DNA from: Octopus vulgaris
Lineage: Eukaryota
Length of the DNA: 64,000 nucleotides
Assembly (NCBI GenBank): GCA_951406725.2
Contig: OX597833.1
Coordinates: 34,596,001 to 34,660,000 of the forward strand
Direction of reading: 5' to 3'
Part shown: one piece after another, positions 12,308 to 24,435 of the stretch
Layout of the letters: the number at the start of each line of letters is the position of its first letter
Position numbering within the stretch: the stretch's first letter is position 1
Translations under genes and position numbers: made by a program
The notes under the pieces: model-generated
What the model saw: the letters and a program-made list of their open reading frames with translations, nothing else
What the model was told of the DNA's origin: nothing
Databases searched by the model: none

Positions 12308-15300
12308 TCGAGGGTTGACTGAGAAGTACATAGGATGACTATGAAGGAATGATGATAGAGCTGTGAAATCTTGTGTGCATTAATTTCAACTCCATGTATT
12401 TCATCATCATCGTATAACGTCCGTTTTCCATGCTAGCATGGGTTGAACGGTTCGACCAGGGTCTGGGAAGCCAGGAGGCTGCACCAGGCTCCAGTCTGAT
12501 CTGACAGTGTTTCTACAGCTGGATCCCATTCCTAATGCCAACCACTCCATGAGTGTAGTGGGTTCTTTTTATGTGCCAGGCGAGATTGGCAATGGCCACG
12601 ATCGTGACTTAGCTATTAGAGCAAGGTCATCAGCATAGAGAAGCTCTTATGTGTACATAGCTTACACTGGGTACATCTTATAGAGTTTCTACCTACACCT
12701 TTTCTACAGATTGAGCAGGGCCACCTACCTGAAGGCATTTGTGGTTTGTCTACCTTCCTACTTATTAGGACTTTGGTTTTAGCTAGGTTGACTCTAAGGC
12801 CCTTCGATTCTAATCCTTGCTTCCACACCTAAAACTTCTCCAGTTCTGATAGTGAGTCAGCAATTAGAGCAAGGTCATCAGCATAGAGGAGCTCCCAGGG
12901 GCATCCTGTCTTGATTTCCTCTGTTATTGCCTGGAGATTTCCTCTGTTATAGCCTGAGGACTGAACCTTGGTGGACTCTACCTCTACCCAGAATTCTTCA
13001 CTGTACTCGTTGCTCACCCTCACTTTACTAACGCTGTCTCTGTACATGGCTCGCACAGCTCTCACTAACCATTCATCTATCCCTAGTTTCCTCATTGACT
13101 ACTAGATAAGGGATTGGGGGATCCTGTCAAAGGCTTTCTCCATGTCAACGAAAGCCAGGTACAGAGGTTTATCTTTGGCTAGGTATTTCTCCTGCAGCTG
13201 TCTTACCTGGAATATAGTATCAATGGTGCTTTTCCCTGGCACGAACCCAAACTGCATCTCATCTAAACTGACTCTCTCTCTAATTAGTTGGGCTATGATC
13301 CTCTCCATGACCTTCATTACTTGATCCAGCAACTTGATACCTCTGTAATTATTTGTATCTAAGGTGTCACCTTTACCTTTGTAGCAGTTGACTATGGTGC
13401 TGCTACAGCAGTCATTGGGTATGACTCCTTCGTGTATCACCTGGTTAACTATATGGGTGACTAGGCTATAGCCGACACTTACAGATATTTTGAGCATCTC
13501 TGCAGTAATTCCTGATGGGCTGGGGGCTTTCCCTGCCTTCATACTCTTGATTGTTTTATCTACCAAGGTACTGTCAAGTCGGATAGCTGGTCCCTCTGTT
13601 GGTTCGACATTTGGCAGGCTCTCTTTCTCCCATTCATTCTCTTTATTGAGCAACCTTTCATAGTGGCGTCTCCAAACCTCTCTCTTTGCAGTCTCATTTA
13701 GTGCAAGTGAACCATCATCCATATGGACACATTTCTCTCCTACAACATCACGATTCTCTCTCACACACTGTCTTGCAACACGAAATACTTCAAGTCTTTG
13801 GTCCTCACGGTGCAGAACATTGGCAAATTTTTTCTTATCTGCTTCCCCTCTGGCTAAATAAACCTGTCTCCTAGCTTCCCTTCTGGCAGTCTGATACAAT
13901 TCCCTGCTACCTCTGTTCTTCCAGTCCCTCCAAGCCTGTTTCTTTTGTCTAATAGCCCTGTCAACCACATTGTTCCTCCACCACGTTACCTTGGGTCAAG
14001 ATGGGACTTTGCACCATCCACAGATCTGGTCAGTGGCTCTCAGCAGGTTGTCCCGTAGAAGCCTCCAGTTGTCTTCCACATTATGTGACACTATATCCCC
14101 TTCTATTTCATCGAAGGCTTCGAGTAATACGATTCTAAATCTCTGTCCATTTGCAGGATCTTTAAGCTTCCAGACCCTTCTCCAAGCTGGTCTTCTTCTG
14201 GGCATCCATTTAGCCTTGATCCTGAAGACACTAACTACTAATCTATGTTGAAGGGTACATTCTTCACCTGGGAAGGTTTTGGCATTTATAAGCAGCCATC
14301 TTTCCCTTTTTCTGGCGAGGATGTAGTCAATTTGGCTAGTGTGTCTGCCAGAACGGTAGGTGACTAGGTGAGAGGTGGGTTTCCTGAAGTTGGTATTGCA
14401 AACCATAAGATCATTTGCATTGCAGAACTCCGCAGCCTGGTTCCCTCCTCATTACGAGAACCAAAACCATAGCCTCCATGGAAGCCCCCGACATGTCGAC
14501 CAACATGTCCATTGAAGTCACCAGCCACAAAGAGAAGGTCCCTGTCATTTGTCAACGATGTAGTCTGCAATAGGGTGTCATAGAATTGGTCTTTCTGTCC
14601 CTCTGGTAGCCCCGGTTGACGGGCATAGGCCGAGATAATGGTAGCTGACCTATGGTGAAGCACTAATCTAATCTTAAGTACTCTGTCACATACTCTGGCT
14701 ACCTCGATTACTTTGTCAACCCATTTCTTCGCAAGAAGTATAGCCCCCCCCCCCGACCCCATCAGTGTTCCCTGCTCAGAAAATCTTGTACCTGTGTTCT
14801 TAGCTTGTGAGGAACCTGGCGGAACCTCCTCTCCACCTTACTTCTTGGATGCAGCACAAATCTACATGTCTCCGTTTAAGCATCTCAACAATCTCACCAG
14901 ACCTACCTTTCAGTGTGCCAACTCTGAGGCTGTGGGAGGTGTGGGTCTGTGAGTCACTGGGATGAGGGGCAGCAGTGTCATGTACCTGAAAAGAAAGCTT
15001 GCATTTGGCAGAATTCATAAAGAAACACTAGACTACAGCCTACATACACTACACCATTTTTATGCGCTATATGATCAAATAAACCCTACATAGGAGTGGG
15101 GGTGGCATTTGGCCCTTATAAGTGTTTGTGGGAGGTAAACAAGGAAGACATAAGTTAGTAACTTCCGGCTAAGGTGGAGGGAGTGTGAGGGCGGAAGTAC
15201 TGCGACCCAGCAAGTTTATACTAGAGCATCATCTGCACTTGTATACTATGATTAAACAAGTTTAGAGAGAATGAAAATAACGAAATGATAACCTTGAATA

Positions 15301-16940
15301 AAATAAATAAAATATAAGGATTAACAGATATGCATGATCTTAAGACAAACAAGGAAGACGAAGCTATCGGAACTATGTTTACATGATAAAGAAATAGATG
15401 GATAATAGAGAACGAATGGGGGCGGTATGGGGTTAGGGTTACGATCTATGCATTAACAGAAGTACATGAACGGGGTTGTAGAGTCAAAATTTTTCCTTAT
15501 CTGACCATCTTTTGAAATCCGTATTCTATCAGCAGAGGAATTGAAAATCGAGTCGGGGAAAAAACAGAGCATACACTAGTTTATTTAGAGTTAGGGTTGA
15601 GGAGGGGGTATATCAGGTGGGAAATCGAAGAGAGAGAGAGGTGGGGGTCAGGCAGTAAATACAACACAAAGAAGAAGAATATTCTTAGGGATTCTCTGTG
15701 ATGAAACAGCAAATGCCAAAATTGTGAGATAGAATTGAAAAATATTTTTGAGAATTTGGGAAACATAATTTAATGAAACAGCAGTGGTAAATTGAAGAGA
15801 GAGACAGTGGGGATAGAGAAAGGAGTCAGAATTAGGTGGTCAGACAGTAAATACAACACGAGGAAGAAGAATATTCTTAGGGAATTTGGGCAAGTTTAGA
15901 CTAGAGCATCGTCTTCTGCACTTGTATACTATTTATAACTGCTTAATTTTTTCTAGATAAACTGGTATCTGACTGTTCAAAGAAAACTTCAAAAGTAACT
16001 AGTAGTGATTTCTCTTGAAAATGGATAAAATTTGGCATCGTGATGTTATCAAGTACCTGCAGAAAAAAGGGTTTAGTCCCCAAGGACATTCATGCTGCTA
16101 TGGTCGCTACATTAGGGGATGACACTCCAGCTTTATCAACTGCAAAAATAGGCATCTGAATTTAAGAGGGGATGGGAGAGTCTTGAAAAGAACCCAAGGT
16201 CTGGATATTCTGCAATTGCCACCATCAAAGAAGACATTGGTCATGTTCACCACATGGTGATGGATGACTGGTATTTGACTATAAATCAAATAGCCAATGC
16301 TATTAGCATATTCCATAAGAGTTGATGATATACTGCACAAGGAACTTGGCATGTCAAAGGTGTTCAGTGAATGCAATGTCTTTTGACACCTGATCAAACG
16401 CGCACCAGGTTAATCACATCATAGGAAAATCTGCAATTGTTTGAGGCAGATCAACTGGTTTCTTTGAACATTTCCTGACCCAAGATGGGTGTTAGCTTCA
16501 TCACTTTGAGCCAGAGACAAAAGGCAATCCGTGCAATGAGAACACCTCTCCTCACCTGCTCCAAAGAAGACCAAGGTCATTTCATCTGCAGAGATGGTGA
16601 TGGCCTCAGTTTTTTGGCATGCAAAAGGCATTGTTTTTTCACTGACAATCTTGAAATGGGTCACACCATCGATAGAGAGTACTAAGCCAACTTGCTGAGA
16701 CAGTTATGAAAGGCTGTTAGGACCAAACACCCAGGAAATCTGACAAAAGGATAATGTTTCATCAGGACAATGCTCCAGCACAAGTCCTTGCTTTCAATGG
16801 CTGCTGTGGTGACTGTGTTGGAACTGGTTGATTGCCTTTTCTCTTAATCTGATTTGGCCCCATCTATCATCTGCTCTTCACTATGAAAAAACACTTGCCT
16901 GGGAACCAGTATCACAGTGATGATGACATCATATCTGCTG
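12308..16940 (+). mobile_element. Degenerate mariner copy split by an RTE insertion (pieces ~12308-12401 and ~15931-16940)
   Basis: 12308-12401 matches the left TIR and leader of the 3100 mariner. Homology resumes at ~15931 and continues through the broken transposase (ATG at 16021). The 3' end is lost where a SINE begins at ~16950. Confidence 0.8.
12402..15930 (-). mobile_element. Degenerate RTE LINE with 5' UTR, internal deletion and (GAT)n tail
   Basis: Frameshifted fragments span the endonuclease N-terminus (DLCCIQEVRW) through RT (LLYADD). The C-terminal coding part is deleted. The 3' tail is at 12402-12600 and the non-coding 5' region at ~15020-15930. Confidence 0.9.
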
Positions 16941-17431
16941 TTCTTTTATTCTTTTACTTGTTCCAGTCATTAGATTGCGGTCATGCTGGGGCACTGCCTT
17001 GAAGAATTTTAGTTGAATGAATCGACCCCAGTATTTTTAAAACTTGGAGCTCATTTTGTCAGTCTCTTTTGCTGAATGACTAAATTACGGGGACATAAAC
17101 ACACCAACACACATACACACACACGCAAATCACTTGCCAAACAAATGACAAAAATATTGAAATTTATTCGTTATTTCAAAATAATTCTTGTGCAATTACT
17201 TTTAATCTTGATTGCAAAGGAAAATTTTTGATTTCTTAAAGGATATTATTTCAAACACAGGTAATATGTAACCATCAGCTATTTTAGCTACTATTTCTAC
17301 ATTAACAAGAATAATTTATGTGATAAAATGTAAACCCAATAATAGAACAATTGATTAAAATTTTCATCCTAACAGTTTTGTTTTAACTGTTCTTTTTTTA
17401 TATTTCATTTTTTGTTTTCTCTCTTTTCCAG

Positions 17432-17854
17432 GAAAACTTTACCAGTTTGTTGCTTTCAGTGCAATTTTTCAAGTTTTCTTTGAATCACGCATCTGCTGTA
17501 ATCTCTCCAGAAGAACATTCCAATCTCTGGAATTGTCTTAAAGACCTTCTCAGTTTCTTGTCAACCTCTTCTACTGTTACTCAAAGAACTCAGTCGTCAT
17601 CAGCGGCATCAATTGAAAGCAGTTTGAATACAGCAGTAGCCTTTAGTTTACTATCAAGCTTCTCTGGTCTTCAGTTAGCATCTCTGTGTGCTCCATCATC
17701 AACAATAACAATTGGTAGTCAGCTACAGTTCTACTCAACACAGAATTGCATACAGTCTCTTTATATAGCTGTCCAATCAACAATGTTGTCTCTTATAACT
17801 GCAATGAGTTGTGAAGAACAACATATACACCTTCAAAATTTGGCATTGTGTTTA
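17432..17854 (+). CDS. URB2: URB2-like gene, internal coding exon
   Basis: Long pyrimidine tract plus CCAG, 141 open codons (ENFTSLLLSVQ...NLALCL), TTA|GTAAGT donor, phase 0/0. Confidence 0.85.
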
Positions 17855-17925
17855 GTAAGTGTTACTTTGTGTTACTTTTTGTTTTTAGACTCAAGTTAAC
17901 CCTAAATGAGTTGACTTATGATTAA

Positions 17926-19581
17926 CCCTTTCGTTGCCAAACCGCCCAAAGCCGCCCGAAAAAATTTTTGGTTCATGTGACCAAGCTGCCCAAAACCGCC
18001 CGTAATTACCTATTCATATTTAACCCTTTAGTGTTTAAACCGGCCAAATCCGGCCCAATATATTCTACATGTTTTATATTCAAACTGGCGATATCTAGCC
18101 TCTCACTCCTAACCTACAAGGTCATTCTGAAAATAAACAATCACATCATTGAAACCTCAAAGCTATAAGATAATGCATGATTAATTCAAAACAATTTGAG
18201 TGAAAAGGTATTACATTTAACAGAGTAATCTGAACACTAAAGGGTTAAATGAGAATATCAGAGCAAATCTCATTAGTACATTCGTGAAAACAAGTGATTA
18301 TACTTCGTAAACAGTTCATCTACAGTTTTGTACAACGATAGATGTGTAATTTTAATTCCCTGAATTTTGGGAGATTTTTTTCCACATTTTTTTTGTGTCG
18401 ATTTTTCTTCAACTTTGAAAATGGATAGGAGTTTCATGTTATCAAGCATTGATTCCGAATTTAAAGCTTTTTCAACGGAAAATAGGGAGATATCGAGAAA
18501 AAGAATGAAATAGGTACAGAAGCATGTGGTGTACAAAATAATGAATAAGATATTTTTTTATCCGAAAATGAAAGCAGCGATTCCAAAGAAACAAAGCGGC
18601 GATGGCGACAGCAAAGACGATTTTACATTGGAATGAAGTAAAAAAACTTTTAAAATGTTTTTATTAGCAATTTTTCTGAGGAGATAGAGTTTATCTATGA
18701 TGTTTCTTAGGAAGCGAAACCATTAGACTTTTATTTTTTTCAGTATGCTTGTTTGAAGCAATCACTTCGGAAACAAATTTACGCAGATTGTAAACAAACA
18801 CAAAAGTTTGGAAAATTTGTGAAGCAAATACTGGGTACTGTTGTGGATTTAGTTTTTATACAGGGAAACTAATGTTAGTCAGCATGGCTTAGGGTATGAT
18901 GTGGTCTGGAAGTTATTGTTTGAAGCGATCAATGCGGAAACAAATTTACGCAGATTATAAACAAACACAAAATGAGGGATCAAATTTCAGAAAATTTGTG
19001 AAGTAAATACTGGGTACTGCATGGATTTAGTTTTTATACAGGGAAAATAACGTTAGTCAGCATGGCCTAGGGAACGATGTGGTCTGGAATTTATCACTTC
19101 CATACCATAACCAGGGCTGTATATTATTTTTTGACCGATTTCTTTAGTTCGGTCAAACTTGCGGTGGATTCCAGTATTTCAGTTTATTCCACCTTTATGG
19201 TACACCTGTTGTGCATTAAATTCAACTGATGATCTAGCGATGTGCACAATTCTTCTTTATCAAAATTTTGTTACATACCCATTTGAATATTAGCTGATGA
19301 TTCATTTTCTATGGTGATGTTTAAACAAAATTTTAATATTTTTACCTTTTGCTCAATTTACCTGGATTTACCTGTAATTAAAGTCACTTTGAGACAAAAG
19401 TTATGCAATAGAATTGATTAAGAACCCTTTCCTTAATTATGTTCTAAATATTGCATTAATATGTTGATAAGTAAAAAAGTTACAGTTATTTAATGAAACA
19501 AGTCTAAATTCATGATTATTTTAGAATTTAATTGAAACTCATGAGGGGTGTATTTTGGTCAGAAATATAGTAACGAAAGGG
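17926..19581 (+). mobile_element. Non-autonomous/deleted piggyBac transposon
   Basis: Ends are TTAA|CCCTTTCGTT...AACGAAAGGG|TTAA (TTAA target duplication, CCC/GGG termini). The interior holds a transposase relic TGYC.GFSFYTGK...HGLG.DVVW.L..PYHNQGCILFFDRF, present partly as a ~180-bp tandem duplication (~18750-19090). Confidence 0.85.
18024..18244. mobile_element. piggyBac-type MITE (221 bp) nested in the larger piggyBac relic
   Basis: TTAA|CCCTTTAGTGTT...AACACTAAAGGG|TTAA. A related copy lies in reverse orientation at ~56985-57175. Confidence 0.85.
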
Positions 19582-19954
19582 TTAAAAGCATTCCATAGAC
19601 ATCTCCTTCATGAAACTCAGCAATATGAAATCATCTTTCACCACATAGCAATCTTTCATCTAAACATGATAACTTGTAGTGGTGTAACTATAATCCTACT
19701 TATTTACTGAGACATTTGGAGTACAAATATTGTTTCATACTGGTGGATTTCTGACTTTCAGGTTATCTAAGACAAGAAATGCAAACAGTATGGAATTCAT
19801 TTGGCATACATTCTTTTCCCATATACTGGTTTCTGTAGCCCAAACTATGCTACAATAGTGGAAACAGTTCTAAGATGATGTTGTTATTGTTGTTTAGGTC
19901 ATCATGGATTAAGCATATCTATGAGCTAAGCTATTCAAACTGATTATCCCTTTT

Positions 19955-21290
19955 TATCGCCCAGTCAGTCTCACTAGCTGTATTGCAAAACTGATGGAAT
20001 CGTGTGTCAGAGAAACACTCTGGAACTTCTGGAGCTCTCACAGTCTCATCCGACCCTCACAATATGGATTTGTCCCTAACTCCAGCTGCAGTGACCAGCT
20101 TGTCGAGTTCCTTGAGGACATTACTCAGATTACTGACAGTGGCTCATGGGTGGATGTTGTCTACCTTGACTTTGCTAAGGCTTTCAACTCTGTGCCACAC
20201 AAAAGGCTTATGGTGAAACTCTCTGCAATGGGTGTGGGGGATGACCTTTTTAACTGGTTGAAATCCTTCATCCTCAGCCGAAAGGAGGTAGTCACAGTTC
20301 TAGGACAGCACTCTACACCATATGAGATGTCATCGGGTGTACCACAGGGATCTGTCCTTGGTCCCCTCTTGTTTGTGGCATACATTAACGACATAGATGC
20401 CAATTTAAGGAATGCCACAGTATTGAAATATGCAGATGACATCAAGCTGTACCTTGAAATCAAGAGGACAGATCCTGATGTCTACAACTCTTTCCTGCAA
20501 TCAGACCTAGACACAATGCAGCAATGGATCACAGACTGGCAACTGAAACTGGCTGTGGACAAGTGTACCACCATGCATTTTGGGAGAAAAAACCCTGCGT
20601 TCACATACTCCCTCCACAACACTGATATCAAGAAATCCTCTTGTGAGCGTGACCTAGGCATCACTGTCAGCAGTGATTTGCGTTGGTCAAAGCATATCTC
20701 TAAGATTGTCAGGAAGGCCGAGGGTGTCTTGGCATCACTCAGCAGGTCTTTTGTTAGCCGCTCTCCAGCCATCTATTTAAAACTGTATACAGCTATGGTA
20801 CGACCACACTTGGAATTCGCATCATCAGTTTGGAACCCCTATCTTGCACAGAACATTGACCTCCTGGAATCTGTCCAGAGACGTGCAACCAAACGCATAC
20901 CCTCCATCAGACACCTACCATATTCTGAGCGCCTTGTTTCCCTGGGCATGGATTCACTGAAGCTCCGGCGTTTGGCGACGGACTTGGTAAACACCCACAA
21001 AGTTATCAACCACCTCACCAACAACAACACTGAACACCTTTTTGATCTCCATGTGTCTAACACACGTGGACATGCCTACAAAGTCAGAAAACAATACAGC
21101 TCCCATGACTTTCGGAAACATTTTTTCACGCTCAGAGTTGCTGAAGCATGGAATAAACTGCCTGCGTCAGTTGTTGACTGCCATGACACTGCATCTTTTA
21201 AGGCCCTCATGCTTTCCGAAATCCGCCGAAACTACACCTGATTATATATACACTTTAGATGAGTTGTAGTGCACCTGAGCACTGTACACA

Positions 21291-21323
<33 letters not shown>
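19955..21323 (+). mobile_element. CR1/L2-group LINE, 5'-truncated, intact RT ORF, (ATT)n tail
   Basis: The frame is open from YRPVSLTS through VYLDFAKAF, SGVPQGSVLGP, KYADD, ERDLG and VQRRATK to a stop at 21241. A short 3' UTR is followed by (ATT)n. Confidence 0.92.
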
Positions 21324-21520
21324 TTGGAATCTAAACCCGGTTTATCTAATATCTCCTCTTTTTAAGAAAGTAGATGCAAGATTGTAATCAGACTAAGAAA
21401 TATTGCAGTGTTCATACTGTGAGAAAGATGATGTAATTCTTGTTTTCTTTTGGATCATTAATATTACTTGCATTAAAATTTACTCTGAAACTATGCAATG
21501 AGTGTAAGGGTTTAGTTCCT

Positions 21521-23056
21521 CAGGCTCCAGTCTAGTCTGGCAGTGTTTCTACAGCTGGATGCCCTTCCTAACGCCAACCACTCCGCGAGTGTAGTGGGTG
21601 TTTTTAACGTGCCACCTGCACAGGTGCCAGAGGGGTCTGGCATCGGCCACGTTCGGATGGTGCTTTTTATGGGGGGGTGCAGAAATATAGGGGAGCACCA
21701 GTGGGAGGGGTGGTTCAGAGGACAGGTTCTAGGCAAGTAGAACGTAGGATATCGAGAGAGGGGTAATGCATGGTGAAATAGCGTATTGAAGAGGGGGGTT
21801 CAAAGAGTAGACACCTATAATGGTGGTGGGGGGGTGCAAAAATATAGGGGAGCACCAGTGGGAGGGGTGGTTCAGAGGACAGGTTCTAGGCAAGTAGAAC
21901 GTAGGATATCGAGAGAGGGGTAATGCATGGTGAAATAGCGTATTGAAGAGGGGGGTTCAAAGAGTAGACACCTATAATGGTGGTGGGGGGTGCAGAAATA
22001 TAGGGGAGCACCAGTGGGAGGGGTGGTTCAGAGGACAGGTTCTAGGCAAGTAGAACGTAGGATATCGAGAGAGGGGTAATGCATGGTGAAATAGCGTATT
22101 GAAGAGGGGGTTCAAAGAGTAGACACCTATAATGGTGGTGGGGGGTGCAGAAATATAGGGGAGCACCAGTGGGAGGGGTGGTTCAGAGGACAGGTTCTAG
22201 GCAAGTAGAACGTAGGATATCGAGAGAGGGGTAATGCATGGTGAAATAGCGTATTGAAGAGGGGGGTTCAAAGAGTAGACACCTATAATGGTGGTGGGGG
22301 TGCAGAAATATAGGGGAGCACCAGTGGGAGGGGTGGTTCAGAGGACAGGTTCTAGGCAAGTAGAACGTAGGATATCGAGAGAGGGGTAATGCATGGTGAA
22401 ATAGCGTATTGAAGAGGGGGGTTCAAAGAGTAGACACCTATAATGGTGGTGGGAGAAACGACATCCGGTATAGTTGGAGCAAAATAGAGATATCCGCTAT
22501 TGGTGGTGGGGGTGGGTAGGGCGGGTGCGCCGCGAAGAATCGGCAGCCAATTTCTAATCAGCCCTGTAAGGGAGATAGATCTTAAATATCTATAACGATA
22601 ACTAGTGAATTATACAGAATATGCAAAAACGAGGCGAGGCTGAAATAGTAAACAGAGTGGCGACTAGGGGGATCAGAATAATAATAATTAATAAATAATA
22701 ATAATAATAAATAGAGATACGGGATGAATTAAAGTTCAAAGATTTCTTATCTTGGGATCACTTCGTTTACGGACAGACTTGGCAAAAGGAATTCGGAATC
22801 AAGAATGAGGCAGGTTACTAGCTTAAGTATGCATAGCCATGGCGAGGAGTAGGAAGAGAGGAGTCCAGACAGACAATGTAAAAAGAGGGGGAGAGAAGGG
22901 AAGAGAACCCCGCGAGAAGGGCATCCAGCTGTAGAAACACTGCCAGACTAGACTGGAGCCTGGGGCAGTCCCGAGCTCCCCAGACCCCGGTCGAAACCGT
23001 CCAACCCGTGCTAGCGCGGAAAACGGACGTTAAACGATGATGATGATGATGATGAT
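21521..23056. mobile_element. Non-autonomous RTE-derived element with 5' inversion
   Basis: An RTE 3' UTR lies on the - strand at 21521-21670 and on the + strand at 22916-23056, ending in (GAT)n. The two share a perfect 47-bp inverted repeat. There is no coding sequence between them. Confidence 0.7.
21671..22453. repeat. Tandem array, 5 copies of a 155-157-bp G-rich unit
   Basis: GACAGGTTCT recurs at 21721, 21878, 22034, 22189 and 22344. Units differ almost only in G-run length. Confidence 0.97.
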
Positions 23057-23204
23057 ATATATATATATATATATGAGTGAACAAATGAAAGAAAGCACTC
23101 AATACATTTGGTTACAGTTACATGTATTTAATAAGTTTGACTGAGCTCCATATGACTTAGAGTTTTGTGGTGTATAGGACACGCCCATCTCATCAGATAT
23201 ATAC

Positions 23205-23586
23205 TCTTTTACTTGTTTCAGTCATTTGACTGCAGCCATGCTGGAGCAACGCCTTTAATCGAGTAACTCGACCCGGTACTTATTCTTTTGTAAGCCCAGT
23301 ACTTATTCTATCGATCTCTTTTACCGAACTGCTAAGTAATGGGGACATAAACACACCAGCATTGGTTGTCAAGCAATGCTAGGGGGACAAACACAGACAC
23401 ACAAACACACACGCATATATATACATATATACGACGGGCTTCTTTTCAGTTTCCGTCTACCAAATCCACTCACAAGGCTTTGGTCGGCCCGAGGCTATAG
23501 TAGAAGACACTTGCCCAAGGTGCCACGCAGTGGGACTGAACCCGGAACCATGTGGTTGGTAAACAAGCTACTTACCACACAGCCAC
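23205..23586 (-). mobile_element. tRNA-derived SINE, well-preserved copy
   Basis: The minus strand begins GTGGCTGTGTGGTAAG (A-box-like) ... GGTTCAGTCCC (B-box-like), with an internal (TG/TA)n. Related copies lie at ~6027, 12034, 16950, 30431, 39045, 51700 and 59825. Confidence 0.8.
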
Positions 23587-23996
23587 AATATAATAAATAA
23601 TTCTAACTAATATAACAATATAATAAATAATTCTAATTTTTCCACTGTCTAGACCTAAAAAAAAAGCCCTTATTGTTGGTTCCCTATCCTGTTATTCCTT
23701 ATTTGTACTGTTTTTTTCTTCATTTGTATTGCTTTTACGTCCTGTTCTTGTCACTTGTTTTACCCCTCTGCAAAAGAATTCCTTTTGCAGGAAGGACTGC
23801 TTCAGCCTGGCTGTGTTCTGCCCTTATCTTCGAAACACGCATTGAGTCGAACCAGGGGCAGCTGATGAAGGGGAATTTTCCTTGTATTGTTTGTCCTGTA
23901 CTCTGTTTTTTCGTTGTTTAAAAAAAGTCTGTTTCCTTGTTTGATTTTATGTTTTCGTTTCTCGTTGTGTTCTACGTTTATTTGTGGTGTCCTGTA

Positions 23997-24027
<31 letters not shown>

Positions 24028-24150
24028 GCTTGTATACATACATGTAGATGTAAGTATGTACATATATGTATATATGCATATATTTTACTTATTTATTATA
24101 TTGTTATTATATGACCGAACGCACGCGTCGTTTCTCTTCTCCAAGTAAGT

Positions 24151-24191
<41 letters not shown>

Positions 24192-24324
24192 AAGTCCCGT
24201 CCAACCCATGTCAGCAGGGAAAAGCAGATTGTGTGTGTGTGTGTGTACACACATACAAACCTAATGGATCATTTAACTGTATCTGCTTTATATAATGAAA
24301 ATGCTTTTTCTTAACTATTCCTAG

Positions 24325-24435
24325 AAAACTGATGCTGGATTGAACAACTTTACTGAAATCACAACTGCAACTGAAGTGTTTCAGATTCTACTGGAGAAAA
24401 ATGTATTTCATGAAAATGCTCAGCTTCAAAAAACT
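24325..24435 (+). CDS. URB2: URB2-like gene, internal coding exon
   Basis: CCTAG acceptor, 37 codons (KTDAGLNNFTEITTATEVFQILLEK...LQKT), ACT|GTAAGT donor, phase 0/0. Confidence 0.8.

Noticed and set aside
21671-22453. Regular repeat array as a possible CRISPR
   Set aside because: The units are contiguous and near-identical with no unique spacers, there are no cas genes, and the context is eukaryotic.
23828-23880. CGAAAC...GTC...CTGATGA motif as a permuted hammerhead
   Set aside because: The core words are present, but I could not form convincing stems I and II. It may be a Penelope-end relic but is not supportable.
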